A DNA stretch of 64,000 nucleotides, taken from the IMG/VR virus record IMGVR_UViG_3300028800_000057. The stretch is one strand, 5' to 3'. The number at the start of each line of letters is the position of its first letter. The first letter of the stretch is position 1. Source of the DNA: a virus (lineage: Duplodnaviria; Heunggongvirae; Uroviricota; Caudoviricetes). Made by a program: the position numbers and the translations under genes. A model generated the notes under the pieces. That model had not been told where the DNA came from, ran no database searches, and was given only the letters and a program-made list of their open reading frames with translations. Positions 55,775 to 64,000 of the stretch are shown piece after piece.

Positions 55775-56459
55775 TGATCTAGTTGAGTGCGCGCAAGGTA
55801 ACTTGGACGACAGGGTCAAGGATGCCTTGTATGGGCGTGGGGTGTCTCCAGAGCAGATAGTGGGGTTCAAGCTTGGGTATCTGAATGGGGTACTGCCCGC
55901 TGGAGTCGATCCTGAGTTCAGTCAGTGGGCGCACCGGGGAGAGAAGCTGAAGGACTCCTATGTCCTTCCGTTGACCAACGCTCTCGGGACGGTGACTGGG
56001 TTCCAATTCAGATCTGTTGATCAGTCGAACAAGGGGTATCTAGACTACTTCTTGGTACGTGATGAGTTGGTACTCTTTGGGTTGGGTCAGGCTATCCCTC
56101 ATATCTGGACTACTGGATCTATATGCATTGTGGAAGGTGCTTTCGATTTATTTCCTACCCAGAGGGTACTTCCATACACGGTTAGCACAATCACAGCTAA
56201 GGTTACTGAACAACTACTGAGGTGGTTGTTTCGGCTTGTGCATAAGGTGTACATGTTCTACGATGCAGACTCAACTGGAAGATCTGCTTGCAGAGAATTC
56301 AACAATGAGTATCGCTCGGACTTCAGTCACCTTCAGATTCTAGACTACCCGCGCGGTGTCACCCTAAGTGGTAAGCCAGTAAAGGATCCGGCAAACCTTT
56401 GGGAAGCTTGGGGTGACGACCCATTCAAGTCCTACATCATGAATCAGATTAGGGAGTAG
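55761..56459 (+). CDS. TOPRIM-domain protein (primase-like)
   Basis: CIVEGAFD (Toprim Glu) and FYDADSTG (DxD). No zinc-binding domain. Confidence 0.45.
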   Translation: MNWADDLVECAQGNLDDRVKDALYGRGVSPEQIVGFKLGYLNGVLPAGVDPEFSQWAHRGEKLKDSYVLPLTNALGTVTGFQFRSVDQSNKGYLDYFLVRDELVLFGLGQAIPHIWTTGSICIVEGAFDLFPTQRVLPYTVSTITAKVTEQLLRWLFRLVHKVYMFYDADSTGRSACREFNNEYRSDFSHLQILDYPRGVTLSGKPVKDPANLWEAWGDDPFKSYIMNQIRE

Positions 56460-56461
56460 CT

Positions 56462-56956
56462 ATGCCTCAAACCTACGAAGAAGCTCAGGCGGTTCAAACT
56501 ATCGCTGAGAGCTTAATTGGTACACATCATCCAGAGTTAGCCGAAGCCAGCTTCAGGTACATATTCAAGGAGAAGTGCAGCAAGAAGGGTGGAAAGCCCG
56601 TTCTTGGTACGGTTAAGAAGATGAGCGACCTGCAGAAGTTCCTCGTCGCTGGTGAACCAGATTTTTTGATGGAGATACCCCTCGATGTTTGGAATGAGTT
56701 GGATGCAGCTCGCCGAACCGCGCTAGTCGATCACTTACTCGAGTGTTGCACCGGTGAAGAGGATGAGCAGACGGCTGCAATGAAGTGGAAGACACGGGAG
56801 CCCGATGTCTACGAGTTCAGTTCTATCCTTCGACGGCATGGCGCTTGGACCGAGGACTTATCCAACTTTGCAATTGTAGCTCAATCGCTTGACCTCAGTT
56901 TCATGACTGCCGAGAGTGAAGAGGATAACGAGCTTCAAACGGCTGCCAACGAATAA
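56462..56956 (+). CDS. hypothetical protein
   Basis: 164-aa ORF. Confidence 0.4.
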   Translation: MPQTYEEAQAVQTIAESLIGTHHPELAEASFRYIFKEKCSKKGGKPVLGTVKKMSDLQKFLVAGEPDFLMEIPLDVWNELDAARRTALVDHLLECCTGEEDEQTAAMKWKTREPDVYEFSSILRRHGAWTEDLSNFAIVAQSLDLSFMTAESEEDNELQTAANE

Positions 56957-56968
56957 AGGTCATAAAAA

Positions 56969-58405
56969 GTGTGGGATACCACGTATAGGCCTTTGACCTT
57001 TGCAGATGTGCTAGGTCAAGAGGGAACCGTTCAACTACTCAAAGCTCGTCTCAGGAATGGGACCGCGCTGGACACTAGTTACATCTTCAGTGGTGGTAGT
57101 GGTCAGGGAAAGACGACTCTGGCTCGCATCTACGCTAGGGCGATGCTCTGTGAGAACGTAGGTAAGAACAACCCTGAGCCATGCAATCAATGCGAGAGTT
57201 GCAGGTCTATCCTGAACGACTCCTCAATGGCTTTTTCTGAGCAAGACGCAGCTAGCCAGGGTGGAATTGATCAGATTCGAAGGATAGTAGATAGCCTCCC
57301 CTTCTCGGTAGTGGGGGCTTCAAAGAGAATCTACCTCTTTGACGAGTGCCATCGGATGTCTAAGGATGCTCAGGACGTCCTACTCAAGCCGCTGGAAGAG
57401 CGCAAGATGATTGGGATGTTTTGCACCACGGAACCTGAAAAGGTTCGTGGTGCTATCCGATCTCGATGTGAAGAGTATGGGATTAGAAAGGTTACGCGCG
57501 AAGACATCCTAGTTCGGATGAGGCGTATCCTAGAAGCAGAGAAGGTAGAGTTCGATGACGATGGTATCCTAACGGTTATTGACTACGCCGGTGGTCATGT
57601 CCGTGACGTGGTGAGTCGTCTTGAGATGATCGCTCAGGTTGGGCCGGTCACTCTGGACAACGTTCGAGAGCACCTCAATCTGTCTGTGATCTCCACTTAT
57701 TACCACATACTACTCAACTTAACCTCTGACACCAAGAAGGCGCTCCAGCTTGTTGACCAAGCTTGTGAGAGAATGACCGCTGAGGAGGTAGTATCGGGTC
57801 TCTCGGAGGCCGCTATGAACTCTTTCCGGTTAGCAAACGGGATGGGAGCGGACTTCTCTTTCACAGATAAGTTACTGGCTGTAGAGGTCTATAAGCTCTA
57901 CGGTGTTGAGCTGATCAAGATCGCAAGCCACTTCTTGAGGTCCAGGTACGTAACTCAAGTTGGACTGATTTGTGATCTAACTGCACTGGCGTTCTCTGGG
58001 GTGAAGGGATCTTTCATCTCAGCTCAGCCTGTGTCGCAAGGTTCAGTCCTACAAGTATCTGCCCCCGTGGCTACTCAAGCTCCGGTGAGTACACTAGCTC
58101 CAACACCAAAGCCCGCTGAGACGTCGAGCCCACCACCAGTGGTAGAGGCTCAGCAGTCACCTGAGGAGCCCCCAAGTAGCAAGCAAATGCCTAGTGGCGA
58201 TATGCCTATCGGTAATTTGGGCTCTGATGATCCTCGGGCAATGACCATCTACGACACACAGGTCATCCCAGAAGCAAACCCTGGTAAGAGAAAGAAACTG
58301 AATCTAACGCCTAACGAAACCAGTACAAGCGATAGGGACTTAATTAGTCACGAAGCTTGGCGCCGAGGGTTCGCTGAACTCTGGAGTAGAGGGGGAAATG
58401 CCTGA
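56969..58405 (+). CDS. dnaX: DnaX-like clamp-loader ATPase (tau/gamma)
   Basis: GGSGQGKTTLARIYA, Zn module CNQCESCRS, LFDECHRM and SRCEEY (SRC), and a Pro/Ser-rich C-terminal linker. Confidence 0.75.
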   Translation: MWDTTYRPLTFADVLGQEGTVQLLKARLRNGTALDTSYIFSGGSGQGKTTLARIYARAMLCENVGKNNPEPCNQCESCRSILNDSSMAFSEQDAASQGGIDQIRRIVDSLPFSVVGASKRIYLFDECHRMSKDAQDVLLKPLEERKMIGMFCTTEPEKVRGAIRSRCEEYGIRKVTREDILVRMRRILEAEKVEFDDDGILTVIDYAGGHVRDVVSRLEMIAQVGPVTLDNVREHLNLSVISTYYHILLNLTSDTKKALQLVDQACERMTAEEVVSGLSEAAMNSFRLANGMGADFSFTDKLLAVEVYKLYGVELIKIASHFLRSRYVTQVGLICDLTALAFSGVKGSFISAQPVSQGSVLQVSAPVATQAPVSTLAPTPKPAETSSPPPVVEAQQSPEEPPSSKQMPSGDMPIGNLGSDDPRAMTIYDTQVIPEANPGKRKKLNLTPNETSTSDRDLISHEAWRRGFAELWSRGGNA

Positions 58406-60248
58406 GTGGGTTGTCCTAGAGTTAAGCCCTCAAGGTGAGGATGAGGACCCAGAGGTCCTCAGAAAAGCTGTTGGAAAATCTATCAAGAGCTTGAAGGATG
58501 TATTTGTACCAGCCTCAACCATCACACGCGGGCATTCTAGGTCAGTTTACAAGTTAATTGAGAACTACATCTTCGTTAGACGTACACAACCTGACCCCGT
58601 ATACTTCAAGTTGGAGGGTTCCAAGTATATTACCTCAATCCTGACAGTGTATGATCATCGGATTCGTAGGATATCGGCGGTGCCTGATAGCTCCATCGAA
58701 CAGATGCGCCTTCAGCTTCACATTGAGACTGAACAAGGGATTGAGGTAGGCGACGAAGTCTTGGTCATGAGTGGGGCCTACAGCGGGATTGTTGGCAAGG
58801 TAATTGAGAACATCCCTGAGAATAACTCCGTTCAAGTATTCGTTAAGCTCAGGTCGAAGCAGGCGCTGATCACACTACCTCGGAGCTTTTTGAAGTATGT
58901 CTCTAATACCGAAGACCAGCAGTACAACTCCCCGTTCCTAACTAAGTTGTTCAGGATTAAGCAGTGGATTGATCGTGCCAAGGCTCCGAATAAGTATTTG
59001 GTTAGTTCCGAAAAACCCTTACAAGCTAAGTATGACAGGTACCTAAGAATCACCTCGTGGCTTGATACTTTTAGAAGAGCCAGGAAGTTACTAGTAGACC
59101 CAGTGGCACCTGAGATGTTCACGGGATCCGATAGCGAGCCTCTGCTGAAAAAGTTTCATCAAGTTCAGCAAATGAACTCATTCATATCAAGGTCAGGGTT
59201 TTTCTTCTACTTACCTCTGATTCAATTGCCAGAGGTCTCACAACTAGCCAACTCTTCAGCTGCACTAGACCTACTCGACAGCTTCATAGCTAGATACTCA
59301 CAGATTCACAGTGATTGTGACCAACTTGAGAGGTCACTACCAGATTGGAACCCAGATATGGCTAACAACATCGTGTTCGACGGGCATAATCTAGCTTATA
59401 GGGTTGTCAATGCTCTAAGGAACATCCCTGATCAGCTAACCGATAGTGAGGGCAGATCAACTGCACTAGTATTTGGGTTCTTGCGTAGCTTAGCTGCACT
59501 CAAGAAGCGTTTTGAGAGAGCTAATATGTATGTTGTATGGGATGGCTCTAAGCAGCGTAGGGTTGACATGTATCCAGACTACAAGGCAGGCAGGCCAGAG
59601 CATAGTCAGGGTACACACGATGAGATGTCACGACTTCAGTCTATGCTTCCAATGTTTGGCATCTCACAAGTCCATAATCCAGACGAGGAAACAGACGATA
59701 TTATCGCTTGTTTACTGAAGAACAAGCTAAAAGGTAAACACAACATAATCATCTCTACAGACCGTGACTTCCTACAGTTGGTTACATACACTGACTTACT
59801 TTTAGTACCAAAGCAAGGAAGTCGACCTGAGACCCTTTACGACCCCGATAGAGTTGTGTCAGAGTATGGGGTCCCGCCCCGGTTGATGGTTCACCTCAGA
59901 GCACTCTCAGGTGACACATCGGACAATCTGCCCGGGGTCCCAAGAGTACCTCGTAAGATCCTGGCGTCCCTTCTAACAACGCACGGATCGATCGATGGGG
60001 TCTACGCTTCAAGCTTAGCCGGGGTCACCAAGACTCAGTACGACAAGATCCGAGGCTTTGAGAAACAAGCCCGATTAAATGTGGAACTTATGGCTCTTAG
60101 AACGGACCTAGACTACCAGATTACGGAGGCAGCTCCGAACTTTGATAGCGCTTTCGACGCTCTAAAGCAGTGTTCCATTCAACCTGAGATCTTGATTTCA
60201 ACCTTCTTCCAGACCCCTGTTGGGGCTGGGTTCACCAAGAATAGCTGA
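58398..60248 (+). CDS. fusion protein: NusG-like NGN/KOW N-terminus + FEN / 5'-3' exonuclease C-terminus
   Basis: N-terminal WVVLELS...GDEVLVMSGAYSGIVGKVIE...VQVFVKL (KOW). C-terminal VVWDGSKQRRVDMYPDYKAGR, ISTDRDFLQLV and LSGDTSDNLPGVPRV (5' nuclease motifs). Confidence 0.65.
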   Translation: MPEWVVLELSPQGEDEDPEVLRKAVGKSIKSLKDVFVPASTITRGHSRSVYKLIENYIFVRRTQPDPVYFKLEGSKYITSILTVYDHRIRRISAVPDSSIEQMRLQLHIETEQGIEVGDEVLVMSGAYSGIVGKVIENIPENNSVQVFVKLRSKQALITLPRSFLKYVSNTEDQQYNSPFLTKLFRIKQWIDRAKAPNKYLVSSEKPLQAKYDRYLRITSWLDTFRRARKLLVDPVAPEMFTGSDSEPLLKKFHQVQQMNSFISRSGFFFYLPLIQLPEVSQLANSSAALDLLDSFIARYSQIHSDCDQLERSLPDWNPDMANNIVFDGHNLAYRVVNALRNIPDQLTDSEGRSTALVFGFLRSLAALKKRFERANMYVVWDGSKQRRVDMYPDYKAGRPEHSQGTHDEMSRLQSMLPMFGISQVHNPDEETDDIIACLLKNKLKGKHNIIISTDRDFLQLVTYTDLLLVPKQGSRPETLYDPDRVVSEYGVPPRLMVHLRALSGDTSDNLPGVPRVPRKILASLLTTHGSIDGVYASSLAGVTKTQYDKIRGFEKQARLNVELMALRTDLDYQITEAAPNFDSAFDALKQCSIQPEILISTFFQTPVGAGFTKNS

Positions 60249-60254
60249 GGTATT

Positions 60255-60896
60255 ATGGGTAGCGCTGGCTTTACGATCTCGGTTGACCCTGCAGAGTTGG
60301 CAAACCGTTTTGCATCGCCAGAGCCGCTATTCGACGAACCAATTGAGGAAGTGGATGAGGAGCAGGTTGTCTCTATCCTATCCTCGTTGCACTTCGAAAC
60401 GCAGGTCAAACCTCTCCTCGACAGGATACCAGACAGGGAAGCTGACCTGATTGAGTTGTACTACATACAGAAGAAACGTCAGGCAGACATAGCCGAGATC
60501 TTCGATGTAACTCAGGCGGCAATCAGCTATCGATTGGATCGGGGCCTTCAAAGGATCAAGTTCTTGCTATCAATACCTCAGATCACCGAGAGCGAGATGC
60601 GGTATAACCTACCATTTGTACCTCTCAAGCCAATTGATGTTGATATATTGGTTGGCATGTGGAAGACCACTTGCCAGAGTGAAGTAGCAATGCAGCTAGA
60701 GCTTACTCAGGGTCGAGTGAGACATCGTTTCTTTGGGGCGGTGAAGCTACTTGAGCGAAAGGCCACTGAGGACACAACATTTGAGCCTCTATTCAAGGTG
60801 TTCTCATCCATTGCTAGTAAGAACTTCAACATACTTAGAGCAGTGAAACTCCCTCAATGGGAAAATCGTGGCGGCGACGAGTTGTCCGGGTTGTGA
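60255..60896 (+). CDS. sigma-70-family-like transcription factor (region 4 HTH)
   Basis: RQADIAEIFDVTQAAISYRLDRGLQRIKFL resembles a sigma region 4.2 HTH. Confidence 0.5.
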   Translation: MGSAGFTISVDPAELANRFASPEPLFDEPIEEVDEEQVVSILSSLHFETQVKPLLDRIPDREADLIELYYIQKKRQADIAEIFDVTQAAISYRLDRGLQRIKFLLSIPQITESEMRYNLPFVPLKPIDVDILVGMWKTTCQSEVAMQLELTQGRVRHRFFGAVKLLERKATEDTTFEPLFKVFSSIASKNFNILRAVKLPQWENRGGDELSGL

Positions 60897-60942
60897 CTCG
60901 ATTGAGCATTTACTTGTACGCTTGGCAGTTTAGAGGACTGCC

Positions 60943-61848
60943 TTGCCACCTGTACAGAACCTCCGATTCCAAGACTACCAGTTCGAGTATGCGGTACCAG
61001 CCGGTAAGTGGTATTGGACAACTCGAGTTGATGTATCTCAGTCAGTCCCCGCCTATCAGGTTAGGGACATCAAGTCTCCCTATGGGTTGCTAAGGGATTC
61101 AATCCCAATCCTAGGTGAGGTCATCCAAGCGATGGCAGATAGCATCGTTGAGTTGAAGTCCAACTTCGCTCCGAGCATCCTCATCGGACCCCCCGCGTCG
61201 CTCGTGTTCGAGGTTGACGAAGGTCGAGGCTACTCTGATCCTCAGTCGGCTCTCATTACCAACCAAGGAGTGTTCGGTTCAATCCTAGGTGCTAGCCTTA
61301 CAGTATCAGCACCATTCGTTCGAGTGAGCCCCTCCATGGTTGGTGGGTTGGCTATCAACGAGAGTGGTAGCTTCACGGTTGAAGTAGATTCAACTGGGTT
61401 ATTGGCCGCCAATAGTCCGTACCCAGAGTCAATCATAGTTCAAGACCCAACGGCTACCAACAACCCGCAGACGGTCCCTGTGCTAATCAACGTTCGCCCT
61501 AGAGCGCTGATAACCTCGAGCGACACCGTAGTCATCTTCAATGTAGTTCGTCCCCTCAACGGTCAGTATCCGCTGGTCCCGCAGCAGACTTTCAGTATTG
61601 GGAACATGGGACCCCCAGGCTCAGTTCTTGAATATGACATTCGGGCTATCACCGGCCTATGCGGGAACTGGTTGCGGAGTTGGCTACCCTCTGAGGGGAC
61701 ACTTCAGGCCACCGAAGGTGAGTTGATCACGGTTACAGTCCAACCACCTACTGGGATGTTGCAGGGGACTTACTCAGAAAAGCTGCGCATTATTGGTTAT
61801 AGCTCCAACAACTACATAGACGTTGAGATTCGTCTTGTAATTACGTGA
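60943..61848 (+). CDS. hypothetical protein
   Basis: 301-aa ORF. Confidence 0.45.
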   Translation: MPPVQNLRFQDYQFEYAVPAGKWYWTTRVDVSQSVPAYQVRDIKSPYGLLRDSIPILGEVIQAMADSIVELKSNFAPSILIGPPASLVFEVDEGRGYSDPQSALITNQGVFGSILGASLTVSAPFVRVSPSMVGGLAINESGSFTVEVDSTGLLAANSPYPESIIVQDPTATNNPQTVPVLINVRPRALITSSDTVVIFNVVRPLNGQYPLVPQQTFSIGNMGPPGSVLEYDIRAITGLCGNWLRSWLPSEGTLQATEGELITVTVQPPTGMLQGTYSEKLRIIGYSSNNYIDVEIRLVIT

Positions 61849-61855
61849 GGGTAGA

Positions 61856-62122
61856 ATGGCAGACCAAGATTTTGACTTGAGCAGGTTTGAGGTACAACCC
61901 TCCACGGGGCTGGATGCCTTCTTGGCGAGGAACGCCAATATGGTGACTCCCCTTCGACAGAAGGTAGCTTCAATCAAAGATCTTAGCTCATTTGTTCGTC
62001 TATCTGCTGATGAATTGGTCCACAAGTCCACACGGGACCTGTGGACGATTCGTAGGCAGGGCGACGGCGGCATGTTCGTCGAGAGGACCTTTGACGACAA
62101 CGGTGCGCCTCTTAAGGCCTAA
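61856..62122 (+). CDS. hypothetical protein
   Basis: 88-aa ORF. Confidence 0.35.
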   Translation: MADQDFDLSRFEVQPSTGLDAFLARNANMVTPLRQKVASIKDLSSFVRLSADELVHKSTRDLWTIRRQGDGGMFVERTFDDNGAPLKA

Positions 62123-62133
62123 TCGGAGGAACC

Positions 62134-63633
62134 TTGGACAACCGTGAAAAGGTCAGGGTACTAATTGCTAGGGAAGAGGGCTTGCCCTTACCACCACCAG
62201 CTCAAAAACCAGATGGTTTGGAGGGTGACAGTGGCATTGGCGTTGGTAAGCGTGCAATTCCTCAAGGGCATCAGTTTGATCCTAATGCCCTGAAGCCTCT
62301 AGCTCGAACTCTGTTCGCAGCTTCGGTTGCTCTTGGACACTCCCTAACAGCTTATCGAGAGTTTGCACGCATCAAGTCCGCGAGTATCTCCCCTGATGGC
62401 ATGCTTGGAGGCAAAGGGTATGTTCTAAAGGTCAAAGAAGTCAGATCCCAGCTGCAGCAAGCCTGTGAACTACTGTCTTCAATCACGGATACCTTGCATG
62501 ATGAGGTACACGCCCCTCATTGGCAACCCGATGTCACCATACTCGATGAGACCGAGGCTAATGAAATTGAAGGTTTAATTGAAGAGTCTGATGATGTACT
62601 TCAAGACCCCGAGCAGTATGGGGGTAAAGAAGTTGATGAGGCCGAAAAGGCTCCGAAGACTAAGAAGCTAACTGACCGCATCAAGGATGAGGAGAACAAG
62701 GAGTCCGGTGCTTCTAGGGTCCCAGGTGGTGGTGCTCAGGAGACGAGCGAACCTACCCCTGCTGGTGATGTCTTCAAGGTCAAGCAGGCAAGGGATTGGA
62801 AGGCCCCCTTCATCCAGAGAGTAGCCAACTCCTCGCTACCAGTCAACACTCTTCCAGGTCCTCGTGTCGATCACCTCGAACGAGGTGAGCAGACAGGATC
62901 AGAGGGATCCTATAACAAGGACGAACCTACTGTAAATGACGAGTGGGGAAAGTCTGAGGGTGTGGGAGACGAGTATATTTACACTACTCCTTGGGAGAAT
63001 GACACTAGTCGATCTGCTGGTGCAGTTATTATCTGGGGTAAATCAAACCTACCCTCTGATGATGATACCCATGGTGAGGCTAATGACTTTGGTCTAGGGT
63101 ACGGAGCAAAGGGTCAAGGGTCCGAGGGCTACGGTACAACTAGTCCGGATGGGCGCGGAGTCTACGGTCCTCAGAGTGGGTTACCCAATGACCCAGGCGG
63201 GCTCACGCATGACCCTGAGGGAGGTGCAACCCCCTTTGATGACAAGTTGTCCCCGAATAATGTATGGGCCGCGATAGCTGAGTCAGAACTCCCTTTTGAT
63301 GGCCCAGATCCCGTCGCTCGAAGTGACTACTTTGAGGGCGATAAGGGTAATCAATTCAACGTTCAACATCACGGTACCTCAGGGCTACCGGAGATGAACA
63401 TCCACTCTCCAGAAGCTCCTCTAACTCCTCGACCATCGCATAATCTAGAGCACATGTTCGCCGAGTCTCAGATGCCAGGTGATGGTGGAGTCAACTACGA
63501 TCACTACAGGGACACCACCCCTAACGTGGGTGAGAATACAGAACAACAAGATGTCCCCTACATCAAATGGAAGTCGGATGCTCACGACTACCGTAACGAC
63601 CAACAAGACCTGTACCGAGAAGACTACCACTGA
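62134..63633 (+). CDS. acidic Gly/Pro/Asp-rich, probably disordered protein
   Basis: 499 aa with low complexity and strong acidity. Confidence 0.45.
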   Translation: MDNREKVRVLIAREEGLPLPPPAQKPDGLEGDSGIGVGKRAIPQGHQFDPNALKPLARTLFAASVALGHSLTAYREFARIKSASISPDGMLGGKGYVLKVKEVRSQLQQACELLSSITDTLHDEVHAPHWQPDVTILDETEANEIEGLIEESDDVLQDPEQYGGKEVDEAEKAPKTKKLTDRIKDEENKESGASRVPGGGAQETSEPTPAGDVFKVKQARDWKAPFIQRVANSSLPVNTLPGPRVDHLERGEQTGSEGSYNKDEPTVNDEWGKSEGVGDEYIYTTPWENDTSRSAGAVIIWGKSNLPSDDDTHGEANDFGLGYGAKGQGSEGYGTTSPDGRGVYGPQSGLPNDPGGLTHDPEGGATPFDDKLSPNNVWAAIAESELPFDGPDPVARSDYFEGDKGNQFNVQHHGTSGLPEMNIHSPEAPLTPRPSHNLEHMFAESQMPGDGGVNYDHYRDTTPNVGENTEQQDVPYIKWKSDAHDYRNDQQDLYREDYH

Positions 63634-63645
63634 AGGATATTGAAA

Positions 63646-64000
63646 TGGCTGATTTGGGTGACATCTCTGGTTTTCTCAAGGAAGGCGCAGTCAACAATCT
63701 TGATTGGCTTGACGTTAATGATAAAGACTATCGGGAGCTCTCGGACCTTCCGAAGCAAAACCTGGACTTCGCTCCGGACTTGGAGGCTGCTTGGAGTCAC
63801 ACAGGTCAGGCTCCGTCCACTTACTTGGTCCCTAACAAAGACGTTCATCGAACCATGGGCGACTTGAGTGAGGCTCATGGCAAGTTGGCCTCCATGGAGA
63901 CCTTGGCTCAGGTCGAAAAGGTTGCTCGGTTGGCAATCATGCAATCTACTGATCCGGCCAAGATTAGTAGCACCCTGAAGACTAGGTTCGATCCTTGGAC
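63646..64000 (+). CDS. hypothetical protein, 3'-truncated by window edge
   Basis: Open frame from ATG 63646 (MADLGDISGFLKEG...) to the window end, with gene-like codon usage. It is preferred over the listed 63640..63867 ORF in another frame. Confidence 0.4.

Noticed and set aside
63640-63867. 75-aa ORF at the window end
   Set aside because: A different frame (63646 to the window end) stays open and has more gene-like composition. The listed ORF is probably the wrong frame.

Overview
This window looks like part of a large (jumbo-type) bacteriophage genome, with about 50% GC and almost all genes on the + strand. It divides into three blocks.

First block, roughly 1-26.2 kb: an accessory region packed with tRNA genes. 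I could fold about 43 tRNA or tRNA-like genes by hand, covering nearly all amino acids. Confirmed isoacceptor sets include five Arg, four Ser, three each of Gly, Ala and Thr, and five Leu (TAA, CAG, CAA and TAG). The block also holds a phage-encoded tmRNA with tag ANDNAIAAAA. Interspersed among the tRNAs are many homing-endonuclease genes (several HNH, one NUMOD3/PD-(D/E)XK type and one GIY-YIG further downstream), an IS607-family insertion (serine-recombinase TnpA plus RNA-guided nuclease TnpB), a repeated 22-nt motif directly downstream of tRNAs, and a family of small ORFs that share an N-terminal RVAARY-like leader.

Second block, roughly 26-36 kb: a vWA-domain protein, a DnaQ-like exonuclease interrupted by a single in-frame TAG, a GIY-YIG endonuclease, an RNA-repair cassette (RtcB ligase, Tpt1/KptA 2'-phosphotransferase, SpoU-class 2'-O-methyltransferase) and a GroEL-type chaperonin with no GroES partner.

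Third block, roughly 36-64 kb: a replication and recombination module. It contains clamp-loader subunits (delta'-like, delta-like, DnaX), a class II ribonucleotide reductase, NAD-dependent DNA ligase, a RecD-like helicase, a RuvC-like resolvase, RecA-like recombinase, Mre11/SbcD, a Cas4-like nuclease, a sliding-clamp-like protein, a TOPRIM protein, a sigma-like factor and an FEN-type 5'-nuclease fused to a NusG-like NGN/KOW N-terminus. The Rad50/SbcC ATPase appears to be split into two separate genes, an N-terminal half ending in a CPTC zinc hook and a C-terminal ABC half, which lie about 3.5 kb apart.

All calls rest on manual motif recognition and hand-folding of tRNA cloverleaves from the sequence. 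No database search was possible.
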